Position numbers and translations under genes: made by a program. Shown piece by piece: positions 39,161-49,554 of a stretch of DNA of 64,000 bases (position 1 is its first letter; each line of letters starts with the position of its first letter). This DNA comes from Nitrosopumilus sp. (GTDB lineage: Archaea > Thermoproteota > Nitrososphaeria > Nitrososphaerales > Nitrosopumilaceae), in assembly GCA_965223425.1 (NCBI GenBank), contig OZ245003.1, positions 160,001-224,000 on the forward strand, read 5' to 3'. Under the pieces are notes generated by a model, which worked only from the letters and a program-made list of their open reading frames with translations, made no database searches and was not told the origin of the DNA.

Positions 39161-39883
39161 ATGCCTGGCTTGATTGGAATTGGAGTAGGTCCTGGGGATC
39201 CAGATCTGCTTACAGTCAAGGCTGTAAAAGCAATTCAAAATGCAGACATCATTATGTGCCCTGCTTCCAAAGAAGACAGACCTAGCATTGCATTATCAGT
39301 CGTATCATCCTTGATTGATAAATCAAAAAATCAGGATATTGTAAAACTAATCTTTCCAATGACAAAAGACAAAGATATTCTAGAACAAACATGGAAGAGA
39401 AACGCAAAGATAATGGCTGAAAAAGTTTTATCAGGAAAAAATGTTGTCTATCTTACCATAGGTGATCCTTATTTGTATAGTACATGGATCTATATGCACA
39501 AAGATCTTGTAGAAAATTATCCAGACATGGAAATTAATGTAATTCCAGGAATTGTTTCCATGTTTACGTTTGCTTCAAAAGTTGGTGTAAGTATTGCCGA
39601 GGGTGCAGAAAAAGTGGCAATCATTCCCTCATGCTACGATCTATCCAGTGTTAAAGAGATTGCAAAAAATTCCGAAACGATGGTCTTTCTTAAAGATGGA
39701 AGATATTTTGACAAAGTTATTGATGTCTTAAAGGAATCTGGATTTCCTGATGACTCTATTTTTGCCATTGGTCAAGATCTTGGAACAGAAAATGAAATTA
39801 TTCGAAAATTAACTTTGGGTGAGGCAAATGATGGAACATTAACTACAAAATATTTCTCAATCTTGGTGGTCAAACGTGTCTGA
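39161..39883 (+). CDS. cbiL: precorrin-2 C20-methyltransferase
   Basis: GVGPGDPDLLTVKA, FPMTKD, GDPYLYST. Confidence 0.92.
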   Translation: MPGLIGIGVGPGDPDLLTVKAVKAIQNADIIMCPASKEDRPSIALSVVSSLIDKSKNQDIVKLIFPMTKDKDILEQTWKRNAKIMAEKVLSGKNVVYLTIGDPYLYSTWIYMHKDLVENYPDMEINVIPGIVSMFTFASKVGVSIAEGAEKVAIIPSCYDLSSVKEIAKNSETMVFLKDGRYFDKVIDVLKESGFPDDSIFAIGQDLGTENEIIRKLTLGEANDGTLTTKYFSILVVKRV

Positions 39884-40649
39884 CGTATTCTTTGTTGGAT
39901 GCGGTCCTGGAGATCCTGAATTAATTACAATTAAAGCTAAAAAATTAATTCAAAAAGCAGATGTTGTAGTTTATTCCGGTTCTTTAATTCCCAAACCAAT
40001 TTTGAAGCTTTGTAAAAAAGGAAAACTTTATGACGCTGCAAAATTAGTTAGAGAGGAAATCTTTGATTTGCTGTACAAGAATGCAAAAAAAGACAAGCTA
40101 GTGGTAAGACTACATGATGGTGATCCATCAATTTATGGTGCCATCAAAGAACAGATTGATAATCTTGAGAAAAAAGGAATCAAATCTACTGTTGTTCCTG
40201 GAATTACGGCATTTTTGGCATCAGCTGCTGCACTTGGGACACAGTTAACATTGCCCGGTGTTACTCAAACGATTATTGTAACTAGAGCAGAATCCCGCAC
40301 TAAGGTTCCAAAGAGAGAGAAAATTTCTGAACTTGCAAAACACAGGGCAACACTAATCTTCTATCTTAGCATACATCTGCTTTCAAAATTAGTTACAGAA
40401 TCAATTGCAGGCGGATACAAAAAATCAACGCCGGTGGCCGTAGTTTATCGGGCCAGTTGGAAAGACCAAAAAATTATCAAGGGGACACTTGGTGATATTG
40501 CAAAAAAAATCAAGGATGAAAGAATTACTAGAACTGCTATTGTCATTATTAGTGATGTTATCCAACCAAAAACATATGAATATTCCAAATTATACGACAA
40601 AAACTTTAGTCATGGTTATAGAAAAATAAAAAAAGAAAAAATAAACTAG
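39876..40649 (+). CDS. cbiF: precorrin-4 C11-methyltransferase
   Basis: GCGPGDPEL, RLHDGDPSIYGAIKEQ, SKLYD..FSHGYR. Confidence 0.93.
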   Translation: MSDVFFVGCGPGDPELITIKAKKLIQKADVVVYSGSLIPKPILKLCKKGKLYDAAKLVREEIFDLLYKNAKKDKLVVRLHDGDPSIYGAIKEQIDNLEKKGIKSTVVPGITAFLASAAALGTQLTLPGVTQTIIVTRAESRTKVPKREKISELAKHRATLIFYLSIHLLSKLVTESIAGGYKKSTPVAVVYRASWKDQKIIKGTLGDIAKKIKDERITRTAIVIISDVIQPKTYEYSKLYDKNFSHGYRKIKKEKIN

Positions 40650-40684
40650 TTTTTTTAATTGACCTGTATCTGATTGACCTGACA

Positions 40685-41180
40685 TGTGGTTGTATTGTCA
40701 TTATCTTTCAAAATATTGATGTGCGTGGACGTGACTTAGCTTAGTTTGGCGTCATTATTGTAATCCCCGTAATCACATTTGCAGCAGACCTGCTAGACAT
40801 TAACGAATCTCTGACTGTAACGTTTGGATATTATTATGGAGTTCTTCTGCATCTTTTGATTCTGGCCGCTATCAGCCTTGCAATAATTATGCCAATCAGG
40901 TTTTCAGTCAAGTGTGTCAATTATCTGATTCACAAAAGGGCAAAACATGACATTGTGTTTGACGTCTCAAATGAATCCAAGCTGCATATTGGCGGCCATT
41001 TGATACTCGATGTGATGTTATCTGACACAAACAAAGTTTAGTTACAATTGCCAGTCCAAGTCATGGGAATTGGTATCTGCTGACAAATCCGTCCCAGAAC
41101 TTAATCTCCCAATCTTATTCACTTTTCTTGCCCCTTTGATGATTGTATCTGTTATAATGGCCAAATTTACTTGTGTATAA
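40685..41180 (+). pseudogene. probable decayed membrane-protein gene
   Basis: Hydrophobic open stretch (FGVIIVIPVITFAAD...LILAAISLAIIMP) broken by stops and frameshifts; composition differs from flanks. Confidence 0.35.
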
Positions 41181-41286
41181 GACCAGATATTTTTGAAATT
41201 AAAGAATTCAAAATAAGCAATTTAGGCCCTATAATCTAGAAAATTTATTAAAAAATTAATAACTGCTAATTTTTCCATCTAATCAA

Positions 41287-42453
41287 ATGACTCTTGAGCC
41301 TAGGAATGACAACCCACAAATTTCAATTATTATTCCTACCTATAACGAATCACAGAACATACTAAATGTACTAAAATCTATTGGGGATATCATTCCAAAA
41401 AGTAGCTTCACTGAAGCAATAGTAGTTGATGATAATTCTCCTGATGGTACAGGCAAGATCGTTGAAGATTACTTGAAAAATGTTAAAAAAATTGCAGGCT
41501 ATACAATAGATATTGTTCATAGAACAACTAAAAATGGACTAAGTTCAGCAATACTAAGTGGAATACAACGTGCAACCGGTGATACTATTGTTGTAATGGA
41601 CAGTGATCTTTCCCATCCACCACAAATTATCCCAAAAATGATTGATGCATTAAAGAAGTATCAATGTGATATGGTAGTGGCATCTAGGTACATTACCGGT
41701 GGTCAAATAAATGGATGGAATAAGAAACGTAAATTACTAAGTAAAATTGCAACTTTGATTGCAAAAAAAGGTCTTGGTGTTAAAACAAATGATCCAATGT
41801 CGGGATTTTTTGCATTTAGAAAGGGAATACTAAAAGGATTAAATTTTGACGCAATAGGCTTCAAAATACTTTTAGAGATTTTAGTTAAGAAAAGAGGGCT
41901 TAGTGTTAAAGAAATACCTTACACATTTCAAAACAGAACATTTGGTTCAAGCAAATTAGATTTTTCTACAATACTTGATTATTTTAAATCTGTCTGGAAG
42001 TTATACCGTTTTGGAAAGTCTAAGGAACATGCAGAAAAAAGAAATTCCGTAAAGTTTTTCTCAAAAGCAGGTAGGTTTTATACAGTTGGTGCAATAGGAT
42101 TTGCAATCAATTATCTCATATCATTGATGTTCTCAGGCGGCATCGCAGAAATTTGGTATCTGCATGCAAATATCCTAGGAATTACTGCTTCAATGACATC
42201 AAACTTTGTTTTAAACAAATGGTGGACATTTGGCGATAGAAACTTTTCATTCAAAAAAACACTTTCACAGTATTCAAAATTCATTATGTTTAGTTCATTT
42301 GGCGCACTGATTCAACTTGGCGTTGTGTTTTCATTAGTTGATAATTATAACTGGATATACACAACAGCACTTGGCGTTGGCGTTTTAACTGGAGCATTCA
42401 GTAATTTCATTTTAAATAAAAAATGGACCTTTAAAGAAAAACTTTGGCAATAA
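41287..42453 (+). CDS. polyprenol-phosphate glycosyltransferase (GT2, DPM1-like) fused to a GtrA domain
   Basis: IIPTYNE, VDDNSPDGT, MDSDLSHPP, DPMSGFF; C-terminal NFVLNKWWTF GtrA repeats. Confidence 0.92.
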   Translation: MTLEPRNDNPQISIIIPTYNESQNILNVLKSIGDIIPKSSFTEAIVVDDNSPDGTGKIVEDYLKNVKKIAGYTIDIVHRTTKNGLSSAILSGIQRATGDTIVVMDSDLSHPPQIIPKMIDALKKYQCDMVVASRYITGGQINGWNKKRKLLSKIATLIAKKGLGVKTNDPMSGFFAFRKGILKGLNFDAIGFKILLEILVKKRGLSVKEIPYTFQNRTFGSSKLDFSTILDYFKSVWKLYRFGKSKEHAEKRNSVKFFSKAGRFYTVGAIGFAINYLISLMFSGGIAEIWYLHANILGITASMTSNFVLNKWWTFGDRNFSFKKTLSQYSKFIMFSSFGALIQLGVVFSLVDNYNWIYTTALGVGVLTGAFSNFILNKKWTFKEKLWQ

Positions 42454-42679
42454 GCTGCAAAAAAAAATATCTGTTATTGTTACTGCATTCGATATTGCTT
42501 TAATCAGGCTAACACAAATGAAATGAACACTGCAGTCAGGAAAACGATGAAAATTCAGCAAAATTTTTCAATTTTAATATATATTCTAAAAATTATGATT
42601 TGACTGAACCCTACTAAGAACCTTAAAAGAACTTTAAAAAAAAAAAATTAAAAACAACGAACTATTCGTCTTTCCCACT

Positions 42680-43330
42680 TTACTCGAAAGTAGAAGTAGA
42701 GCTTTGAGACGAAAGTCCTGTTGATGATGGAACAGATGGGAATTTATCTCCTATCTGTTGCTCAGCTACTGCAGATGCCTCTTGTAGAATCTTTTCAGTT
42801 TCTTCGCTTGAAACGTCAGATTCCATACTAAATGAATCCCCTGCAAGAGAGTCCACCATTAGTCCATTAAGCGTCTGAGTCATTGTATTCAACTCCGAGT
42901 CTGCTTCTGGCATGAATCTTCCCAGTGATGACTTTAATCCCTTCATTGTAGACATCGCCGGTCCAATTGCTACCATTGCATCGCCAAGATCATGAATAGT
43001 TGTCAGTCTAAGTTGGACTTGTTCTAATGACATTCTTGCGTTACCGAGCATCTTTGTAACTTTACGAATTTCAGCTAATTCGTTAGACAAAACTCTACTT
43101 GTGCTAGTATCATGTTGTTGCATTGCTGTTACGACTCGTTGAAAGAGTTGGGCGTCCCTTTCGTGCAGTTTTGTTAACATAGAATCCATTTTAGATATTT
43201 GGATCTGTAGTTTGTTAACTGCAGTCTGAATTCGTGGTTTTAATGCGCCTTGAGGCTTTACTGCTTCACGGAGTTTGCCAGTTACACTTTGGGTCTCTTG
43301 TCGAGCCCAAGTTTTATCGAAGTTTGGCAT
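42680..43330 (-). CDS. cdvB: ESCRT-III/Snf7-family cell division protein (CdvB paralogue)
   Basis: LKPRIQ...LSNELAEIRK...LEQVQLRLTTIHDLGD; start set at ATG 43330. Confidence 0.92.
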   Translation of the reverse strand: MPNFDKTWARQETQSVTGKLREAVKPQGALKPRIQTAVNKLQIQISKMDSMLTKLHERDAQLFQRVVTAMQQHDTSTSRVLSNELAEIRKVTKMLGNARMSLEQVQLRLTTIHDLGDAMVAIGPAMSTMKGLKSSLGRFMPEADSELNTMTQTLNGLMVDSLAGDSFSMESDVSSEETEKILQEASAVAEQQIGDKFPSVPSSTGLSSQSSTSTFE

Positions 43331-43352
43331 GGTTGGTGTTAAGAAATTCACT

Positions 43353-43410
43353 CTTAATCAGAGGTGTGTATTTAGATCAACTTTAGGCTAAATTTAGCTA
43401 ACAAAATCTA
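43353..43410 (-). promoter_or_regulatory. cdvB-paralogue promoter with the shared upstream motif
   Basis: TAGATTTTGTTAGCTAAATTT at -80..-60 and ATTAAG at -28 on the minus strand. Confidence 0.7.
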
Positions 43411-43437
43411 AATCACCTTCAACATATTGATTGCTTT

Positions 43438-44205
43438 ATGGTAAGAATTGTTGTCTTTGACTCTGGTTTAGGTTCTTTATCTGTCATAAAACCAATACAA
43501 AAACAGATTAAATGTAATATCATTTACTTTGCTGACTCTAAAAATTTTCCGTATGGAAAAAAACCCATTAAGGAAATAAAAAATATCACACTGCAGACAA
43601 TCACAGCCCTTCAAAATTTGTTTGAACCTAAATTAACCGTGGTAGGTTCAAACACGTTATCACTCACACTGGATTCACACTCGAAAAATATTATTGGTAT
43701 ACTCCCGCCATTAAATGAGGCAAAAAGAATAACAAAATCTAAATCTATTGCAATACTGGCTACAGAATCTATTATAAAAAGCAAATTGCTTGGTAACTAT
43801 ATAAAAAATTTCAAAATAAATAACGTCAAAATTATCAGAGTCAATGCATCACCGCTTGTAGAACTAGTCGAGTCTGGCAGGTTTTATTCAAATCCAAAGC
43901 TATGTAGAGATGTGATAAAGAAGACTCTGAGCCCAATATTCATTACAAACAATGTGGATGTGGCAACATTATCTAGTACGCACCTGCCGTTTCTCTTAGA
44001 ATTCTTCAAAAATATTTTTCCAGACATGGCTTTCCTTGACCCTAGTGAATCATTAGCAAGAAAATTAAAGAAAAAATATTCCAATGATGCTGCAAAAAGA
44101 AATTCATTACAAATTTTTACTTCCGGACATATTCATACACTTGAAAGGAAGCTTAGACACATAGGAATTAAAAATAAAGTTTCTAAACTAACAATTGAAC
44201 AATAA
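43438..44205 (+). CDS. glutamate racemase (MurI)-like protein with Cys->Ser substitutions
   Basis: FDSGLGSLS, FPYGKK, GSNT (for CNT), LSSTH (for GCTH). Confidence 0.88.
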   Translation: MVRIVVFDSGLGSLSVIKPIQKQIKCNIIYFADSKNFPYGKKPIKEIKNITLQTITALQNLFEPKLTVVGSNTLSLTLDSHSKNIIGILPPLNEAKRITKSKSIAILATESIIKSKLLGNYIKNFKINNVKIIRVNASPLVELVESGRFYSNPKLCRDVIKKTLSPIFITNNVDVATLSSTHLPFLLEFFKNIFPDMAFLDPSESLARKLKKKYSNDAAKRNSLQIFTSGHIHTLERKLRHIGIKNKVSKLTIEQ

Positions 44206-44453
44206 AAAAATCCATATAATTTTTTATGCATGTAGATGAGCTATACAATTGATTCAGTCTAGTCCAATCTCAATATTTCCTAACAGCAAGATCCAAAGCT
44301 AGGGCAGAATCGTTTTCAATTCATCTTCGATCATAAAAAGATAGCAAAAAGACCCAGCAGACAATTCATATCTGTAACAGAATTGACTCCAAAACAATCT
44401 AATTCTCTATCAAAGGAAATACAAAAACAATACAAAACTACAGAAGAAAGACT

Positions 44454-44901
44454 TGTATCAAAAAAGGAGAAATAGAGCGAAAAGTAGGTGTGCAGGACAT
44501 CCATTTTGCCTATACACTGTAAAGACAGAATCTTGATGTTTCTGACGTACTACAGGACTACACACCAATGATGCTCGGAATGGTATTTGATCCGGGATAA
44601 ATCAAGCGTGATGCGAGATATCAGGTATTGAGCCTGGCAGTAAAACAACCAAATCCCAATTCCTGCCAAAAAGCATGCACATTCAAAAAAGATTATCGAC
44701 ATGTAGCAATTACAAGAGTTGTCTCCCTGAATTAGTTGCAATTACTGGTGGAACAGAACAACAAATCCCAAGACCCAAGACATTTTTCGCTCTGCATTGA
44801 GAACTATGAGACACCCTCCTGGCGTTTAGAAGCACAAAAGTGATCCAAAGTGGATGGAGAGAGATGTCAATGACTAGCGGATCTGCTTTCCATATATTAC
44901 A
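44454..44901 (+). mobile_element. degraded IS481-like remnant
   Basis: C-terminal traces (IENYETP...KSDPKWMERDVND*) and end ...CCATATATTACA like the other copies; left boundary uncertain. Confidence 0.65.
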
Positions 44902-44943
44902 ACATCCATTATAATGGATTAAAAATTTAATTTGTTTTAAAAA

Positions 44944-46401
44944 TTATGGAAACACAATTGATTCAGCTATTATAGAATCAATTTCTGAAATCTTTATCCT
45001 ACTTTGTTCCATGGAGTCTCTTTTTCTAATTGTTACAGTATCATCTTCTAAAGTCTGATGATCGACAGTTACTGCAAAGGGAACGCCAATTTCATCTAAT
45101 CTGCGATATCTTCTTCCAATAGCTCCTGAATGATCCAAAAATGCATCACACTTTCTCTTGATCTGAAGGAAAATCTCATCTGTTTTCTCTTTGAGGCCGT
45201 CCTTTTTGACTAGAGACAGCATTCCGACATGAACTGGAGCAAGATATGGCTTTAGAGACAGCACTATTCGTTCGTGTTCTTTGTCATCTCTGAGGCTGTG
45301 CTCTAAAATGGTGTATAAGCTACGATCAATTCCCATAGAAATCTCAAATACATGAGGCAGAACTTTTTCATCATTATCCATTATCTCAAATTTCTCTTTA
45401 CTCTGTTTTGCATGACTGGATAAATCATAGTCAGATCTATAGTTGCATGCAACTAGTTCAAGCCATCCAATCGTAGTTTCCACCTCAAAATCAAATGCAC
45501 CTTCTGCATAGAATGCCTTTTCTTTATCACCTAGTCTTCTGAACCTGCTTTTTGTAATATCAATTCCTGTCTTTTCGTAAAATTCAGTTAGCATTCCCAA
45601 ATAATATGCAACAAACTTGTTTGGAATAATCCCTGAATCCACTGCCTCTTTGCATGTCATAGAAACTGGCTCTGCATCTGTTTGAACTCTAATTGTAGTA
45701 TTTTGAATTTCTGAGAATTTCTCCATCTCAGTTAGTTTGGCTGGATTGCAAAACACTTCAATTTCTGCCTGATAAAACTCCCTGAGACGAAGTAGACTTT
45801 GTCTTGGCGCTATCTCGTTTCTGAAGCTCTTTCCAACCTGGGCTATTCCTAAAGGAAGCTTTCCCCTCATGGTCTTGAAGAGTCTAGGAAAATCTACAAA
45901 GATTGACTGACATGTTTCAGGTCTAAGATATGCTTCTTCTTCTTCAGGACCGATACCAACCCGAAACATCATGTTGAAATTCTTTGTCTCTTCAAAATCT
46001 CCTTTACATTTTGGACACTTTATGTTATTTTGTGAGATAGCATTATCAAATTCATCCAAATCCGCACTTTCTGGAATCTCGATTTCTGCAATGTCTGCAA
46101 TCGTTCTATCTGCTCTAAATGTTGAATTACATTTTGCACATTTTATTATTGGATCTGCAAAATTGCTCAAATGTCCTGATGCCTCAAAAACTGATTTAGA
46201 CATTATTTGAGAACCATCAATCTCAAGCATTCCATCTCTTCTGATAAGCTCTCTTCTCCATAATTCCAGGAATTTGTTTTTTAAACTAACTCCAGATGGT
46301 CCATACTCCCAAAACCCTGCTTGTGCGTCTCCATAAACCTCACAACTGGGAAAGTAAAATCCACGCTCAAGCGCTAACTTCATGACTGCTTCATAATCCA
46401 T
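44944..46401 (-). CDS. glyS: glycine--tRNA ligase
   Basis: YLRPETCQ, FRNEIAPRQSLLRLREF, GAIGRRYRRLDEIG. Confidence 0.96.
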   Translation of the reverse strand: MDYEAVMKLALERGFYFPSCEVYGDAQAGFWEYGPSGVSLKNKFLELWRRELIRRDGMLEIDGSQIMSKSVFEASGHLSNFADPIIKCAKCNSTFRADRTIADIAEIEIPESADLDEFDNAISQNNIKCPKCKGDFEETKNFNMMFRVGIGPEEEEAYLRPETCQSIFVDFPRLFKTMRGKLPLGIAQVGKSFRNEIAPRQSLLRLREFYQAEIEVFCNPAKLTEMEKFSEIQNTTIRVQTDAEPVSMTCKEAVDSGIIPNKFVAYYLGMLTEFYEKTGIDITKSRFRRLGDKEKAFYAEGAFDFEVETTIGWLELVACNYRSDYDLSSHAKQSKEKFEIMDNDEKVLPHVFEISMGIDRSLYTILEHSLRDDKEHERIVLSLKPYLAPVHVGMLSLVKKDGLKEKTDEIFLQIKRKCDAFLDHSGAIGRRYRRLDEIGVPFAVTVDHQTLEDDTVTIRKRDSMEQSRIKISEIDSIIAESIVFP

Positions 46402-46432
46402 TGTTAGGTTCCCTCAGCCATTGAATAAATTT

Positions 46433-47272
46433 CTACGCAAATTCCTTTGCTTTTCTGATGTTTTCAAAGTCATCTCTTTCATCATCAATTGGTGTTTCTA
46501 AAACTATTGGAATTTTTTTCTTGTTTGCAAATTTTATCACTGCTGAGATTCCTTTTTCTCCAATTCCTCCCATGCCTAAGTGATAATGTCTATCAAGATT
46601 ACAACCAATTTCTCCCCTAGCATCATTTAGATGAAGTATTTTCAAGTTCTTTATCCCTACATATTTATCAAATTCATCGAAAGTTTCCTTAACTTTTTCT
46701 TCTGTTCTCAAGTCATATCCTGAAACAAATGCATGGCAAGAATCAAAACAAATACCGAATTTCTTTGCAGGTTTTAGTTGACTGAAAATTTCTCCTAACT
46801 GTCTGAACTCAGAACCAACGGAATTTTTCTGGCCAGCAGTATTTTCTAACAGAATCATTACATCATTTTTTGTTTGTCCAGCTTTTGTAAGACCTTCAAC
46901 TAATCGTTTAATTCCAGCTTCATCTCCTGTTCCCAAATGGCTTCCAAGATGCGTTACAAGATATGGAATTCCTAGCTGTGCACACCTCTCAATTTCATCC
47001 ATCAATGTTTTTAATGATTTTTCAAATCCATCATCCTTAGGCGTAGCAAGATTTGGCAAATATGGCATATGTGCACATGTTGCCAATCTATCAATTTTAC
47101 TTGTTTTTAGTTTTGATTTAAAATTAGAAATGTCTTCTTTGGTGAGTTCTTTTGCATGCCAGCCTCTTGGATTTCTTGTAAATATCTGAAAAGCAGAACA
47201 TTCTCTTTCAACTGCATTATCCACTGCCTTGTCAATTGATCCTGCTATTGAGACATGACAGCCGATCTGCAT
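46433..47272 (-). CDS. nfo: endonuclease IV
   Basis: GCHVS, HMPY, LENTAG, HLND, DRH, LETP. Confidence 0.95.
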   Translation of the reverse strand: MQIGCHVSIAGSIDKAVDNAVERECSAFQIFTRNPRGWHAKELTKEDISNFKSKLKTSKIDRLATCAHMPYLPNLATPKDDGFEKSLKTLMDEIERCAQLGIPYLVTHLGSHLGTGDEAGIKRLVEGLTKAGQTKNDVMILLENTAGQKNSVGSEFRQLGEIFSQLKPAKKFGICFDSCHAFVSGYDLRTEEKVKETFDEFDKYVGIKNLKILHLNDARGEIGCNLDRHYHLGMGGIGEKGISAVIKFANKKKIPIVLETPIDDERDDFENIRKAKEFA

Positions 47273-47357
47273 ACCAGTTCAATCTCTCAAAACATAATTT
47301 AAACCAGTATCCAAATCACAAAACCAGATTTTTAAGTCAACCATGTGAATCAATATC

Positions 47358-48383
47358 ATGCTTGCACTTGGACAAGATGAAATTGCAAAATATCCCTTCT
47401 TAGCAGATGCTGGTCAGTATCTCAAAGATAAGGGATTCACATTAGAGCAATTTGGAACGGATCCTGACCTAAAACAGCTAGTTGAGAAGGCATTTGAACG
47501 AATTCAAGTTGCAGCAGATGGAAAAATCTACAAATCTGATCTAATTGGGGATCAGGTGTCAAAAGAAGCAGTGCTTCCAAGAGAGGTTTTCTCATTTCTC
47601 TTGGCCATTATCTTGTTGAAACTAAGTGGAATGCATACTCTGATCAAGAGATTTGCACTTGCCGAAGCAAGACGCGCAGAAAAATATCTTGAAAAAGATC
47701 TGGCAAACGTTTCAAATGAGTCAAAAAAACAATTAGCAATTAGAGTAATTGATGATCTCTTTTCAGTTAAAGTTGAAAAACTTGATGAGTATTTTGTCAT
47801 TTCAGTTTCTGATTATCTAAAACATTCAATTAATTTTCATGAAAGAGAATGGAAGTTAATTAATAGGCATGTGGAAAATGGACAGGTATTTCTTACTCCA
47901 CATGAAACTGTCAGATTGATAAGAAAAGAATTAGGAACATACATCAATTCAAAAATTATTAATGCAAAAACCCCCGAAATGATTCCGGGGTTTGAAGATC
48001 CCGTAAACAAACTTGTTTCGTTATCAAAAAAGTTTGTAACTTTTACTGTAACTACTGGAGAATATCCACCATGCGTTAAGCATGCTATTGAAGTACTTGA
48101 AAAAGGTGAAAATTTACCTCACTCTGGAAGATTCATGCTTGCCACTTTTCTGTTATCAAAAGGTCAATCAATAGAGCAGGTTGCACCGTTGTTCAAAAAT
48201 GCACCAGATTACAACGAACGAGTTACACTTTATCAACTAAACCATCTGGCTGGAACTTCTGGAAGTGGTACTCAATACTCTTGTCCTTCATGTGAAAAAC
48301 TAAAAACACAAAATCTCTGTTTTGCTATACCGGAATGTGATAACATCATTAATCCCCTACAGTTTGGAAAGAAGAGAAAATAA
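47358..48383 (+). CDS. priL: DNA primase large subunit
   Basis: YPPCV, LPHSGRF, YSCPSCE Fe-S domain. Confidence 0.93.
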   Translation: MLALGQDEIAKYPFLADAGQYLKDKGFTLEQFGTDPDLKQLVEKAFERIQVAADGKIYKSDLIGDQVSKEAVLPREVFSFLLAIILLKLSGMHTLIKRFALAEARRAEKYLEKDLANVSNESKKQLAIRVIDDLFSVKVEKLDEYFVISVSDYLKHSINFHEREWKLINRHVENGQVFLTPHETVRLIRKELGTYINSKIINAKTPEMIPGFEDPVNKLVSLSKKFVTFTVTTGEYPPCVKHAIEVLEKGENLPHSGRFMLATFLLSKGQSIEQVAPLFKNAPDYNERVTLYQLNHLAGTSGSGTQYSCPSCEKLKTQNLCFAIPECDNIINPLQFGKKRK

Positions 48384-49513
48384 TGAAAGAAACTGATGCC
48401 AAATTCTTAGAAGATTCATTCAAAAAATACTACTTTGAACATTTTGATCTAATTCGAGTACCTGAACGTACGTCAGAAAGAGAGTTTGGTTATCAAAAAT
48501 TCAATTCTGGAATGAATCGTCACATCTCAATTAAAGACGATAAGGAATTGCATCTACTGTTTATACAAAGCATCCCTTCAGATGTTTATTGCTCAAACGC
48601 TTACTATTCATTTCCAAATCTACCGATGAATGAAAAAGACTGGAAAGAAGCAGATTTGATTTTTGATATTGATGCAAAAGATCTTAATTTGTCTTGCCGA
48701 GAAAATCACACAGTATCAATATGCAATGAATGTAATGAAGTTTCAAAAAATTCTGAACGTTGTTTAAAATGTAACTCTACAAAGATAGAAAAAAAATCTT
48801 TATCTTGCAAAAATTGTATTGATTCGTCAAAAACTCAAGTCGATAATCTAAAAGATATTCTAATTAATGATCTAGCGATAGATCAAGAAAATATACATGT
48901 TTATTTTTCTGGTAATGAAGGATTTCATGTTTATGTTTATAATTCACAATTCCAACAAATTGGCTCAAGAGAAAGATCAGATCTGGCAGGTTACATTATG
49001 TTTAATGGGGCAATTCCTGAAACTTTTGGAATGAAAAAATTCAAACCTGATAAAAATTCCTTCCCAAATTTAGATGAAAAAAGCTGGAGAGGAAGATTTG
49101 CAAAAGAATTTTTTGGTTCAAAGTCTAACCGTTCTAAGGTTATTTCTAAACTTGTTAAAAATTCAACTAACGAGTATTCTTCATTCCAAAACACACTTCA
49201 AACTATGTCAGAAAAAATTGGAGTAAAAATTGATCCCAACGTAACAATGGATATTCATAGAATCTTTAGATTGCCTGGTTCTATTAACAGCAAAAGTGGG
49301 CTAACAAAAATTCATTGCAGTGATTTAACAAAGTTTGATCCATATTCTGAGGCATCTTTTCTTAGTGATGAATCAGTAGAAGTGCTTGCAAATTCTCCTA
49401 TAGAATTTTCTCTTAAAAACAAAAAATTTGGTCCGTATGCCAATGAAAAAGTTACAATTCCTACATATGCTGCAGTCTATATGATCTGCAAAAAACTAGC
49501 GACAATAGCTTGA
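48383..49513 (+). CDS. priS: DNA primase small subunit
   Basis: REFG, FDID, FSGNEGFH, RIFRLPGS. Confidence 0.93.
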   Translation: MKETDAKFLEDSFKKYYFEHFDLIRVPERTSEREFGYQKFNSGMNRHISIKDDKELHLLFIQSIPSDVYCSNAYYSFPNLPMNEKDWKEADLIFDIDAKDLNLSCRENHTVSICNECNEVSKNSERCLKCNSTKIEKKSLSCKNCIDSSKTQVDNLKDILINDLAIDQENIHVYFSGNEGFHVYVYNSQFQQIGSRERSDLAGYIMFNGAIPETFGMKKFKPDKNSFPNLDEKSWRGRFAKEFFGSKSNRSKVISKLVKNSTNEYSSFQNTLQTMSEKIGVKIDPNVTMDIHRIFRLPGSINSKSGLTKIHCSDLTKFDPYSEASFLSDESVEVLANSPIEFSLKNKKFGPYANEKVTIPTYAAVYMICKKLATIA

Positions 49514-49554
49514 TTTTGCTGGTAAGACATTAATTTACCAAATCACAATGAAAT

